From NCBI GenBank assembly GCA_010093995.1, contig ML992508.1:902506-966505 (forward strand): DNA of 64,000 bases, written 5' to 3'. This DNA is from Elsinoe ampelina (lineage: Eukaryota). Position numbers and translations under genes: made by a program. The notes below the pieces were generated by a model that saw only the letters and a program-made list of their open reading frames with translations, did no database searches and was not told the origin of the DNA. Below are positions 37,461-49,164 of the stretch, piece after piece; the first letter of the stretch is position 1, and each line of letters begins with the position of its first letter.

Positions 37461-37739
37461 ATGTGTGTCATCATATATCCAAGAACTCACGTCTACGCAT
37501 GTGGACATGCAGCACCTTGGACTCGTCCGCCTTATCGATCACCTTGCCCCATCGCAGCAGGTATCGGAATATTCTGTCACGGAACGACAAGTCGACAGCC
37601 AGATGTGAGACACTCGTCCATGTGTGGGCCCTGTCTGGCCAGAGAGCGTGAGCTTGTAAGAAGGGAAGCACTGCAAGAAGTGGATCGGCAGATGAGGATG
37701 CAAGCTGTACATGGGAGCACAAAGCGAAATGGACGTTAA
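37461..37739 (+). CDS. Array copy 7 (no intron seen)
   Basis: MCVIIYPRTHVYACGH...PCPIAAGIGIFC...SMCGPCLARERELVRREALQEVDRQMR...*. Confidence 0.82.
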   Translation: MCVIIYPRTHVYACGHAAPWTRPPYRSPCPIAAGIGIFCHGTTSRQPDVRHSSMCGPCLARERELVRREALQEVDRQMRMQAVHGSTKRNGR

Positions 37740-38113
37740 GCAGCTCGCAAGCAGTGGAGGCGGAAGCAAATGCTTGAGTCGTTGCAGATGTAGTTGCAGC
37801 ATATTGGAAGTCCCCAACCCAAGAAGGCCAGAAGAGTTCCAGGACTGACAAAGAGTCCATAAAGATCCAGCTATGTATCCCACGTTGAAAATATGAATGC
37901 ATACCAAAGCAGAAAAGCCCAATACTCGATGGCTCGAATGAGTATCGAATGTGATTGAATGCCGCAAAGCATCGAGTTGTTCGAATTGTGAGCTGTTCTT
38001 GGACACGTGAAGTTGAAGAGCGTGTCCCAAGCAGTTAACTCAGCTCGAAGTGGACGATACGGGCAGCAAACTATTCGTGTTCACACCCGACAGACCGACT
38101 GTTACGGACAAAG

Positions 38114-38599
38114 ATGTGCATCATCATTTACCCGGGAGTGGAGCGCTACATATGCGGCCAAGCGAACACCCTTACTTCTGCACTCCGGCGACTCCCCTGT
38201 CCCAACGCAAAGGAGACCGGGATTTCTTGTCAAGGAACAGCGAGTCGAGAAGCGGATGCGGCGCATTCATGCCCATGCCCTCGATGTCAAAAGGTCGCCC
38301 GTGCAGAAAGACCTAGAGCTCGCAGCGAGGATCAGCTCTACATGTATGGAAGAACAAAGCAAGATATAAGAGCAGCGGCTGAGCGGGAACGCGTAAATCG
38401 ATGAAGAATGGAAGAGAGGCAACGTCAGAGAAAAGGGATCCGTGAGGAGCAGCGTAGAAGAGCAGCCGCAGCGAGGGAGTTTGAGAGGACGCCAGAGACC
38501 CGCCGAGAAGCGGCAGGACGAGGACAGCAGTCAGGGGAAGATCTGCCTGCTGAGAATCGGCTCCAGTATTCTCAGAGAGTGCTCAGAAAGAAGGAGTGA
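38114..38599 (+). CDS. Array copy 8: His replaced by Gln; TGA at 38402-38404 splits an E/R-rich tail (possibly decaying)
   Basis: MCIIIYPGVERYICGQ...PCPNAKETGISC...CPCPRCQK...ERERVNR*RMEERQRQRKGIREEQRRR. The 38408-38599 ORF is in the same frame. Confidence 0.7.
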
Positions 38600-39041
38600 G
38601 ACCCGAGCATGCCTGTACAAGACGCAGAGGGCGGCGAGTTAGTCTGCTTCGCAGCCGAGAATATGGGTCTGTCTCATGCCCATGGATGACACCATTAGAT
38701 ACCCACCGCAAGAAGTCGTCAGGCAAACAGAACCGACCCGCTAGTGTCCTGGCAACGAGTCGTGGTACGAGCATGCTGCACTTTCGTGCTCGACGGGGCT
38801 TTCACGTTGCCTTTATTAGCAAGTGCAATCATACTCCTTCTTCAATCGTATACCATAGAATCAACACACTGTACGACTGTGATTCCAATCTTGATCATTC
38901 GCCGAGGGTCATGTGCCTCAAGGGCTATAAGATCGGCAATCTCAGCTGAAACTCGATTCCAGCAAGGAGTTTCCAGCGAAATGCCCCGAATTTAACACCA
39001 CTAACAACGACTTCACGGCGACTTTGACACCAATTTTGGCG

Positions 39042-39262
39042 ATGTGTGTCAGAATCCCCCCGCCCCATTCGACATTATGTCTGCGGTCACATCATCGACC
39101 GCGAGCTGGCCACCACGTTTTATCTCGTGCGCTAGATTCCGCTGTGAACTGATTGTGTCGTACCGAGAGGCAGGTGTCACAATCACGATGATTTGTCCGA
39201 GCTGTGTGGAGGCCGAACGAGCGCGACAGTCAGAGCGGCGGGAAAAGAGGGCCAAGCGTTGA
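39042..39262 (+). pseudogene. Array copy 9, two +1 frameshifts
   Basis: MCVRIP (frame of 39042) / RPIRHYVCGHIIDR (next frame) / SWPPRFISCARFRC...MICPSCVEAERARQSERREKRAKR* (third frame). Confidence 0.75.
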
Positions 39263-39900
39263 GGCGATGAGTCTTTGTTGGTCGCAAGATCGATTGGACG
39301 ACTGAGAAGATTGGCGTGGTCGAGACTGGAAATTGTGCGAAACTAGTTTGGATGGGAGGATCGAAGGAATTGCAGGCATTGATGGGAGGATCGAGGATAG
39401 CCCTGCGTGTATTGCTGGCTGCTTCGTGAGGAACGTCCGGGAAGTCATCATTGAAGCACATGGGATGTCCCCGTAGTGCTACTGGTCTTTTTTTTTTGAG
39501 GCCCGATGTGTAACCTTCTCGAAATTGTATGCCGTGGAGTCCAGCCAAAGAGACTGTCCAATCTACGCAACGGTAACCAGTCTTCAAAGTTGTGATCACT
39601 AGGCGCCGCTGCAAGTGTACAGCCGATAGCGGTCATGTTGCTGTTTGCTGTGATGAACACAAAGCGGACAGTGCTTTAAAGAGCACACATCTCCACCGCG
39701 AGGCTTGGACGAGAATTCCAATCCATAGATTTATCGCCCTGTGCAACAAATATGATACTTGAAAAGGTAGTCGAGGCGATCTCTGCAGCGACAAAAGGAA
39801 GGAATACAGCCATACGATGCACCCAAAGCGTCCACCGACTGCATAGCAACATCCTCAATCCAGAGTTCGAAAACAACTCCATCTCGGACCACTATCGAAG

Positions 39901-40344
39901 ATGTGCGTCATCCTGGAGCCACGGACTCACTGATACTCGTGTGGACACAAAAATGATTGTGTCAATCCGCGCAAAGTGTTTCGGTGCGGCACCATGATCG
40001 AAGATGGTACCTGCCCTGGAAGAGAGGTGACACGATCTCTAGACTTCCGCCCTGTAACGCAGTGTTCGTGGTGCGACAATCGAGACCGCGAGGCCGCGGA
40101 ACTGCAACAAAAAGCGAGAGAGGACGCAGAGCGCCGAAGGAGAGCCCATGAGGAGCTTCAGAGAAGAGCTGCGGCCGAGGCCGAGGCTCGAAGGCGAGCC
40201 GCAGAGGAGCAGCGGAGAAGGGCAGAAGCAGAGCGACACAGGCGGGCGGAAGAAGAGCGTTGCAGGAGGGTACAAGAAGAAGGACAGCACAGTCGATCTG
40301 AGAAAGCCAGGCTTCGTAGGCAAGCTCGAAGGGAGATTATTTGA
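39901..40344 (+). pseudogene. Array copy 10, in-frame TGA at codon 11 (39931-39933), long E/R/A coiled-coil tail
   Basis: MCVILEPRTH*YSCGHKNDCVNPRKVFRCGTMIEDGTC...QCSWCDNRDREAAELQQKAREDAERRRR...*. Confidence 0.8.
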
Positions 40345-40782
40345 TAGCGATGAAGGCCGCAGCCGTGACACCGACCGGTTGAGGTCTGCTCGCGATATCC
40401 GACGGGACCATGCCCTAGTGCTCGATGGAGCGAGGCAGACAGCCCATAGGCGTAGGGCTAGGTAGCTGAAGCGGATCCAGCAGTAAAACCTGCGTCGAGA
40501 AGTGAGAAGAGCTTGCTGTTGTTTAGCTTCTGCCGAGTATAGATCACGTCGAGACTCTATATAGGAACGTCTTCTCCTTGAAAATCGCAACATTTCTCAT
40601 AGCGTGCATCAGTGCAATGTGTTGTTGATCCGATCGGATACTGTACAGTAGGCACTGAAATTCGTACGGTGCAAGGACAGATTGGGAAGCGTTGTTCGAC
40701 ATCGTGGAGAGTTTGGTGTCAATGCCCCTTTGAGCCAATCAACTGCCGCAAGCGAGTCTGCTTCAAGTAGGGGATTAAAGAT

Positions 40783-41290
40783 GTGTGCAAGAGCTCCAGA
40801 GGTCCAACAGTCAAAAATGAGCCCGGCGTCGGTCGGTACGGCGGCGGCGGCCCCAGTCCTGGGGCAGAAGCGCCATCCACAGGTTGGCCGACTCCGGGTA
40901 AAACAGGAGGGGGTGCATACAGCGGTAGCAGCGCCGTTCAGGGCTACGGCGGAGTCGCTCAAAACATCATCGGCGGCGCGATTCCCGGTGCAGGAGCCTC
41001 AGCCGGCAATGTGGCGGCCACCGACATGGCCAGCAAAGCTGCATTCATACATGCAGGCAAGACTGTGTGTGTTTCCCTTTCTGTCCGGCTAGTGGTGGAT
41101 CTGGGACGGTTGGCTGACTCGACTACAGGCTAAAAAAGAAACCACGAAGGCGATGAATGATGGGAGGTTGAACCAGAGCAACAAGCAGACAGGATCGGCG
41201 ACTTCGCAGAGCTACTTTTCGAATCCAAAGTACGCGAAGGACTTTGGCGGAGGCAAGAGGAAGTGGGTTGTAGAATTCGTGGTGGTCTAG
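40783..41290 (+). pseudogene. Gly-rich protein paralog A (intron 41065-41128); no in-frame ATG or signal peptide found
   Basis: VKNEPGVGR...GAGASAGNVAATDMASKAAFIHAGKT | AKKETTK...PKYAKDFGGGKRKWVVEFVVV*. It aligns with the 42133 gene and has the same intron position. There is an in-frame TAG at 40768-40770. Confidence 0.65.
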
Positions 41291-42132
41291 GCCAAGGGGA
41301 AGGCGACAATCAACGACAGCTGGGACGAAACAGAGTCATTTCTGGGTATAGATGGCATTACCCATAGAGGTCTGCAGTATTCTGGTACCGGAATTCAACA
41401 CGTCTCGAGAAGAGGCCGTTCACGTGCTTCAGCCTTGAGGTGGTTTGGATGTGAGGTTGGAAAGGGTGAAGTTTCCCTCGCAAGCTCCGGAAGTCGGGGC
41501 CAAACATCCGAATGTGGAAGGTGGCCTGATCGGATCTCTGTCCGCCAATCGGCACACTTCCGTCTGCCGTCCAATGAGAAGGCTCTCTTGGCGCCATTTC
41601 CTTTTGACGTGTGGCGAGTTGATTTTCACGTTTGCATGAAACATGTCCATGACACATTCCCATAGTGGCACCCTTCACCAACACCGTGACGCAATGTCTT
41701 GTTGCCTTCCATCACGCGTTCCATCTCTGTTTGTCGTGACTTTCCCAGTATCTTGGATGCGTGATACGGAGAACGGGTCTCTCGTCTTCCGGTCCTCGCA
41801 CTGTCATTTCTCGACCCACCAACATCCTGACCATCCTCAACCTCGTTGTATGAGGCAGAGGGGCACGTGTGCGATCACGTTGGAGACCAGATGGCAGTTG
41901 ACAGACTGGATAACCGCGGTCGAGAAGCACGATTCCGCTGTTGTTTAGTGCATTGCCTCGCGTTCATACTGCTTGTCCTCAAGCATAATGAGGGCCAGAA
42001 GTAAGTATATAGAACTCGTCAGTATCATGGAAAGTCGAAATCATCAGACCCAAACAACTCCAGCATCAACAGCCTTCACTACCACCCCAACAAGCAACAG
42101 CATTCAGTCAAGAACTCTCAAAGACAGTAATC

Positions 42133-42683
42133 ATGCAGTTTCAACTTCTCACCTTACTTCTTGTCGCAACCACCACCATTGCTATGCCTTCAGGTGGAGG
42201 TAAGCCCATCAAAGGCGAATACGGCGTTGGCAAGCCCAGCGGCGCCACCGGCAACGTCCCTGGCAATATGAACCCCGCCGACGCCTATCCGAACCCAAAC
42301 CAGGTGACCAAGAACAGCCCCTTCGGTGGCGGTGGAAACATGAAAGGCATTGCGGGCGGCGCCGCATCACTCGCAAACACTGGTCCAGGTCTTGGAGCGT
42401 CTGCAGGAGACGCGGACTTGACTGCAGGTGCGGGCATGGCTGCATTCACTGGTGCTGCGAAGACTGTGAGTTGGCTTTTCTCCTTGTGGGGGACGCTGAA
42501 TTCTAATCCGAACAGATGAAGCAACAGACGCAAGCGGGCAAGGAGAAAGGGCTATTGGGCAACAAGCAGCAGACTGCGGGCGCAACTAAGAACTGGGCGG
42601 AGGATCCGAACATGGCCAAGGACGTCGGTGGAGGTTGGAAGAAGAGGGACGTGAGACGCGCGGTGGAGACTATCGTTGTTTAG
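42133..42683 (+). CDS. Small secreted Gly/Ala-rich, Cys-free protein, paralog B (intron 42466-42515)
   Basis: Signal peptide MQFQLLTLLLVATTTIA-MP, then ...AAFTGAAKT | MKQQTQAG...MAKDVGGGWKKRDVRRAVETIVV*. Dibasic Kex2-like sites lie near the C-terminus. Confidence 0.85.
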
Positions 42684-43245
42684 AGAGGTGTACCAGACAC
42701 CGATGACTTGACGTCAGATGGCATATCACGACAGCCGGACTGTCACGACAAGAGACACGACAGGCGTTTGGGCGAAACGTGTTTGTTTCCCGCAATCATT
42801 TCCGAGTTCCTGGCGTTGAATATAGAGGTCTGCTATTCCATCCATCGTTTCAGTTTGATCGCATCCATGATAGAGCTTTGCAATGCATGGTTCCAAATTA
42901 TCTTCTTGGGCCCCGTCAAGGACACCCTCCATGATGTGGATGTGTTGTTTCTGCTTTCACCACCATACCCTCCACCTCTCACCTAGCGAATCAACTCGAC
43001 TCCGGCATTCCGACTTCTCGTTGGCAGATAGCCCAACGCAAGAAGCACAAGAATTCACACACTGGTCCCACACCCTTCCAGATCACCACCATCACAATCA
43101 CCACCACACTACGTGGTCCATTCCTCACCACTGCTACCCAGCACACAGCCCAACACCCAAGGTATCACAAACCCCAACGCAGCCCAAATAACCCCCATCT
43201 CGCGACCCCCGATGCACGCCCTCTCCCACCCAAGCAGCACCCACA

Positions 43246-43615
43246 ATGTGCATGATCATCTACCCCGGCAAAGACTACTACCGCTGCGGCCACAGCTACA
43301 ACCGCGAATTCCCCCAAAACTGGCAGATCGACTACTGCAACATCGCCGAGCAGACCAGACGGCAATGTGTCGTGACTACCCAGCATCACTACCCGAATAA
43401 GGGGAAGAATGAGTATTGTCGGGCTTGTATTGAGGCGGTATGTCTGGCCTGGTGAAGACAAGGGACAAGGGGTACTGATGTGGGTGCAGGCAAGGAAGAG
43501 GGCGGAGGCGGCTGCGAGGGGACAGCCTGGGCCTTCGTCGGGGTCGATGGGGCCTCCGCCTCCGAGGGCGTCGGGGTCGGGGTCGGGGTCTGGGTCTGGG
43601 TATGGTTCGAGGTGA
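43246..43615 (+). CDS. Array copy 11 (intron 43438-43489)
   Basis: MCMIIYPGKDYYRCGH...YCNIAEQTRRQC...EYCRACIEA | ARKRAEAAARGQPGPSSGSMGPPPPRASGSGSGSGSGYGSR*. Confidence 0.87.
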
Positions 43616-44114
43616 AGGTAGTGCGTAATGCCTATGGTTCTGTTGTGCAACATTGCAGTGTAACCTACAATGCTTGCTTGATTTGTCTCAATTTCCTCAT
43701 CAAAGTTGCTTGGAACCCACTGGCCCAATGTAGTACAGACTCAAATTTTGGACACATGAGTCTGTGCGACTGATGAGGTGGCAAACATGCCATTCGAGCC
43801 CAGTGCAGCATTTGGTAACACAGTCGCTGCCCAAGCAATCACTATGCTTCCGATGGCCCATGTTCGCTGGTTATGGTCACATCTTGCGTAGCCGAAGACG
43901 ACGTGGACATTGGCGCTGGATGGATACAACAATGTCACACAAGAATGCTCACTGCATACCGCCAGCTTCGACCTCCCCCAAGAACTTGCTCCCTGCCCTC
44001 ACCCGACAACATAAAAACCCCGGCCACCCACACCAGCACCTCCCCATCAGCATCATACCATTCCCTTTCCCTCCCACAATCCCAAACACCAAGCCATACC
44101 CCCCTCACACCAGT

Positions 44115-44495
44115 ATGTGCTACCAAGTCTTCCCCCGCAACATCCGCTGGCGCTGCGGCCACGAGACCGTAGGCAACGCCTACCCACAAGTGCAGTACTG
44201 CGAAGAAGCCCGTCGCCGCAACCGCCGCTGCGTTCTCCTGACCGAAATGCGGCAGACGGCGGAGCAACGTGGGGCGTTCGACTGTCCGAACTGTACCGCT
44301 CTGCGGGTGGCGGTGGAGCGGCAGGAGAGGATGGCGAGGGATGAGGTGGAGGCGGAGCGGAGGGGGAGGGCCGCTGAGGAGAGGCAGAGGCTGAGGACGC
44401 AGGCGGCGAGGGTGGGTTGTGACCTGTGTGGGTCGTTGAGAGGGCGCTAATGTTTGTAGGAGGCGAGGGAGGCGAAGAAGGCGGCTAAGAAGTGA
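44115..44495 (+). CDS. Array copy 12 (intron 44412-44459)
   Basis: MCYQVFPRNIRWRCGH...YCEEARRRNRRC...FDCPNCTALRVAVERQERMARDEVEAERR...AAR | EAREAKKAAKK*. The branch point is GCTAAT. Confidence 0.85.
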
Positions 44496-44685
44496 GGACT
44501 GTGTGGAGTATTTTGCGAGGATTGTGATGGTATTTATGTAGTACGGCGCCTGGAGTGCGGTGGCCATAGATGTGTCATAGAGGAGACCAAGGAATAGACC
44601 ATGCGGATGATGACGGGTAACGATATATAGAACATGCAGTAGACCGGTTGCCCAGCGCCATTCCTTTCGTTACTTCCTCGTCGAG

Positions 44686-44968
44686 ATGTGCTTCATCGAC
44701 TATCCTCCCTGGCAGATGTTCAACTGCGGTCATTACATTCCCCTCGTAGCTCCAGCTCAAGTATTGTGGTGTCACATTGCCCGTCACCGTGGACAACCAT
44801 GCACTCCAGCGACCTACAGGTATCCTCCGGATGTGAGAATTAATGGCATCTGCCACTTGTGCCGGGCCAAAGTGCTTCATGATCTTGAAGGACTGGTAAG
44901 TGGGCTTTCCTCGAGCCGTGGACACATATTATTAGCCTCAGGCAAGGCGGGAAGGAAGTACTTCGTGA
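44686..44968 (+). CDS. Array copy 13 (probable intron 44896-44941; unspliced ORF to 45075)
   Basis: MCFIDYPPWQMFNCGH...WCHIARHRGQPC...GICHLCRAKVLHDLEGL | ARREGSTS*. Confidence 0.78.
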
Positions 44969-45559
44969 TATTGGAGGGGAAGAGAACGAAGGCAGATCGT
45001 ATCAGAGCATCCTTCGAGTCTTGCTTCCTGGACATAGGGAGGCTTCGGGCGTCAATGGATCCAGCAGGGACTTGAATGATGCAGAGGGCAGTTGTGCTAG
45101 GACCTCGTGAGGCATTCATTGGTCTGTGGTCTCAAGTGGCGCTCCAGGGTTCATGGCTGCATGGTGCCTTCCGCGCCATGGATTGGCAGGTATCTCAGGA
45201 TAATAGCTTTCAAGAACGAACGTGGATGATTCCTGAAGATCCACATCAATTTTCGGGTACCATTTGCCGCCAGTGGCTCCCCTTGTGTGACTTCGGGTAC
45301 GCTACTGACATCCCTTTGCCTTGTTGACCAACGAGATGATAATTGGATTGGCTATCACCTTGACCACTCAACGTCCTGCTCGCAACAAACAGAAGGTCTC
45401 CATCGAACAAGCTCTGTTGCATGCTATGGTTGGAGCTATTGGCTCTCACAACGGCAGAGGCGTTTGGATGTGCTATTCCTCCCTTTGAAAGATAAATGTA
45501 GAAAGGTAGCGCCCTACTCGCATGCACAATCTACCAGAATCTATCGCATTCCAAGCAAG

Positions 45560-45854
45560 ATGTGCAACGAATGGCTCCCAGCATACTACTTGTTCGAAGA
45601 CTGCCCACACCGCTTGCTCAAGTCACCACCCCAATCGATCATCATGTGGTGCGACACAGCCCACCAACTGAGACAGCAATGCAGGAAGGTCGGATTGCAC
45701 CAGCAACCTCATGATCTGAGAATGGGAAAGTATGCGGATTGCATTGAGGTTCGTCAACCAGCTCACACACCATGGAGTTGTTGACGACGTTCAGGCAGAT
45801 AAACTGCAGTATCTGTACAGCATCTTGGGGAAGCCGCCGAAGTGGCCACGTTGA
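45560..45854 (+). CDS. Array copy 14, first Cys of CxxC replaced by Tyr (intron 45749-45794)
   Basis: MCNEWLPAYYLFEDCPH...WCDTAHQLRQQC...GKYADCIE | ADKLQYLYSILGKPPKWPR*. Confidence 0.75.
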
Positions 45855-46549
45855 CGGGGATACCGTGTACAGATGATGAGGGAATCGGCTGATTTGGTAG
45901 ATGTTTGTATGAACGAATCTGTGCACCTGACTTTCACTGGCAGGGCTGTGATCTTCGGGTGCCTTTCGGTCGCGATGGTGTCTTAGAGCAGAATTCAGTG
46001 TCCTTGTGGTCCTGGGAAGCCGCTCACAACAACGCTCTGGACGAGAGTGGCTTGCGAGCTCCTGTGCACTCGGCGACCAGTGTACACAGCCGTCAGTTTC
46101 ACCAACTTTGAGAGACCTTCACAGCCATTACTCTGTGCTCCCGGTAACCTGCATCCGCCGGGCGCCTCGTTTGTTTGCCCCGGTGCTCAATTGCGAGATT
46201 TCCGTGGTTTGCTGGTCCAGTGAATTCCAAGTTGATAGGACCTGGATGTTTTCCTCTCCTGGACTCCACATCATTTTGTGTCTATGAACCCAGACAATGA
46301 ACAACAATGGTTGGTCTGGTAAGAGCAAGTGGAACACCTGCCAGCTCAACAACAAAATTCGACGTACAATGGATCCTCAAGCATGGACCTTCAGCGGCGA
46401 TGGTATAAGACGAGTACGTCTGGCCATCGTTGTGAGGATGCACTGTTTGTAATGACACACCTCTGACAACGACGCCTCTTTGGCAAGGACACAACTGTTG
46501 CAACGACGCCCGCAATTCCCATCACTGCCCCAACATATCTGCCGTCGAG

Positions 46550-46841
46550 ATGTGCATCCGCAATCAGGGCCCGTACATCTATTGGCGCCGTTGCCCACAC
46601 AGGGTCGCGAAGCCATTTGACGGACCTCATTGGGAGTACTGCTGGAATGCGCGTGAGACAGGTCGACGCTGCGGGTCCGCCCACGTCCGGCGAGGCCCGG
46701 ACGAGGTACGAAATGGAAAGTGCCTAGAGTGTACGGAGGTTCGATCAATCCTCTGACGTTCGGAGATGGCCTATTGATAGAAGACAGGCGGAAAGGCGAT
46801 GGGAAATTCGCTGGCAGAGGAGCATGAGAGAGGGTCGGTAG
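46550..46841 (+). CDS. Array copy 15 (intron 46739-46787; alternative acceptor 46780)
   Basis: MCIRNQGPYIYWRRCPH...YCWNARETGRRC...GKCLECTE | AERRWEIRWQRSMREGR*. Confidence 0.82.
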
Positions 46842-47471
46842 GAAGCTCCCGTGCGATTAGACACTGATGGGGTCTATCCTTGGGTGTTTTGGGCTCATAG
46901 ATTGTGATCAAGCGAATTTGTCTTCCTCCGTCTGTTCCACGTGATTGATCGTGTCCTGCGGCTGCAATGTGGATTGACATGACACTAGAGAGTCTGAGGT
47001 CGCTCTGTGCTCTCTGGGGATCTAAACAGTGTGACCATCTCATGTCCTTTGGCAGCTAAGTAGCAAACACAGGAAACCTTGGCACTGAGACCACTTGGAG
47101 TCTGAGATGACAGATCACTTGCTGTAGCTATCCGTATGCCGTCAAGCGGACCTCCGGTAGAAACAACGACTGGCATAAGATCCCAGACACGCCTCTTGAG
47201 GTGCTACATGACTTTGTTGTCCATGGTCCACCTCGTCAAGCGAGATGCGTACAATTGTACAAGACAGCGGTACGAAGTGAGATTGCGTGGTGAGACTCTT
47301 GTTGACCATAATAGATGTCCTGTTATGGAAGGCATAAAAGGAATAGTAGAGGCCGTTGGGAACTCTCATCTGACTCCTGTCCATCTTGTTCCAGTCAATC
47401 CATCAGGACTCTTCGACTCTCTTGACGGCTCTTCAAGTCGCTACCATAAATCTATGCACACCCTCCACAAC

Positions 47472-47827
47472 ATGTGTCGCGCACAACTAGCAGGGTGGAC
47501 AAAGCACCTTGGCTGCGGCCACCGCGTCCAGACCGATCGAAGGTGGAAGAACCTTCAAGCCTGCCGGGAAGCCGATCGCAAAGGGTACTACTGCGCAGAC
47601 AACCACTGGCAGGTCACCCAGTTGCCAGACGTTGAAGTGCGCGGCATGTGCGTGCCGTGCTACGCGGTAATTATTTCCTCAGGCGTGAGACCACCAGTAC
47701 TGATTGCCCAAAGGCATACACAGAACGACGGAGGGATCAGTGGTATGCGCACATGAGGCAGCTGGAGGAAGACAGGGACAAGCCTGGGCCGACTTACAGC
47801 GGGCCATACAGGGGTCCGAGACGATGA
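47472..47827 (+). CDS. Array copy 16 (intron 47667-47713)
   Basis: MCRAQLAGWTKHLGCGH...ACREADRKGYYC...GMCVPCYA | AYTERRRDQWYAHMRQLEEDRDKPGPTYSGPYRGPRR*. Confidence 0.83.
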
Positions 47828-48356
47828 TCTTGTTCCGTAGTGTTGTGTAATTGATTCTTTGTTTGCAGTTTCCAGTCCTTGAGTGCATTGGTACCCAATA
47901 ACAGACTTGGTGGGTCCATGGAAATTGGAGTTGCGTGGGCCCCTGCGATCAAGATCGAGTCTTCGGACAAAGAAGGATGCTTTCCGTGATACCAATAGCA
48001 CTGAGATAGCTTGGCTCGGCAGCATACTGGGTTTCAGGCAATCGATGGTGATACCCGAGACTGCAGGACCCCAGGCAGAGTCGGGATGGTACCCGATCTC
48101 TTGTGCTTGCGATGCTCGAGTGAGGCAAACAGAACGATTGGATATAAGTGCAGCCAAGTTTCCTTGAGCGACTGCATAGAACTTATCCACTTCTTGCTCG
48201 TGCATATAATGGGGCGCTCGAGGTCTCGAGATATGTTTGCATCAATACAATCTCCTCACCTCACCCTCGACAAAGTCATTCCCAGCACTCTTCGCACCCT
48301 CTACCACGAGCACACGCCTCCCACACAGCAGGTTCATTGCCTTCGTCAGCGTCAAG

Positions 48357-48645
48357 ATGTGCATTCAGTACATCCCTGGTTGGAAGGTCTGGACATGCGG
48401 GCATGCAGACCCGCTGCCTCTCTTCGGTTCCGGAATCGAGATCTGCGATGCAGCACGACGACGGATGAAACAATGCGATCCGCTGCACCAAATCGAGGAG
48501 CCGGACGAAGAGATACCGGACAAATGCATGATCTGCCGTGTCGTAAGTGTTCAATCCCGTGGCCGTCCTAGTGATCACTGACAAGAGGCAGCAGGAGCTC
48601 ATGGGCAGGCGGCAGGAGGACGAGGAGAGCGGTGACGGCCAATAG
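48357..48645 (+). CDS. Array copy 17 (intron 48543-48591/48594)
   Basis: MCIQYIPGWKVWTCGHADPLPLFGSGIEICDAARRRMKQC...DKCMICRV | (Q)ELMGRRQEDEESGDGQ*. Confidence 0.85.
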
Positions 48646-49164
48646 CAGAGGAGGAAGTGGTCGTGGTGTGGTGTCTGGCGCTTTGTCCAGAGCACTCGGA
48701 CGAGGAGAAAGGTCGAGTCAAGGTAGCTCGTTAGAATCTTGAGTGGTGTTTTCGATCACTGTTCCCAGCTCTGCGAGGTGCAATTGCTAGCATGCGCTCT
48801 TGATTCCCAACTCTGTGAATTCCTTGATCCTTCGTTCACACAGACCGAATGAAATGCACGCACTCGTGTCACTCTTTGTTGGACGACTGCAAGAGTAACC
48901 AACGCAGTAACCGAGCGTGTGCAATCTCGTGCCTAAGAGTTCTGACCTTTTCCTCTTCAGATGTTTGGATATAAATTGTGCCATGTAGCCTTGTGTAATA
49001 GCAATAGATCTTTATTTTGAACATGCCAGCCCTTGAACTGCCCTCAAGTCCCGAGAATCGATTATCCTGCAAATACCGAGAACTTTTCGATTCAGGCCGC
49101 CTCTCAAGATCCTGGCCAATCTACAGTTCGTCGACACCTTACCCTGTGAACGGACTGTCCAGCG

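Noticed and set aside
38911..38949. MCLKGYKIGNLS* upstream of copy 9
   Set aside because: It could be a relic start, but no downstream ligands were found, so it was not counted.
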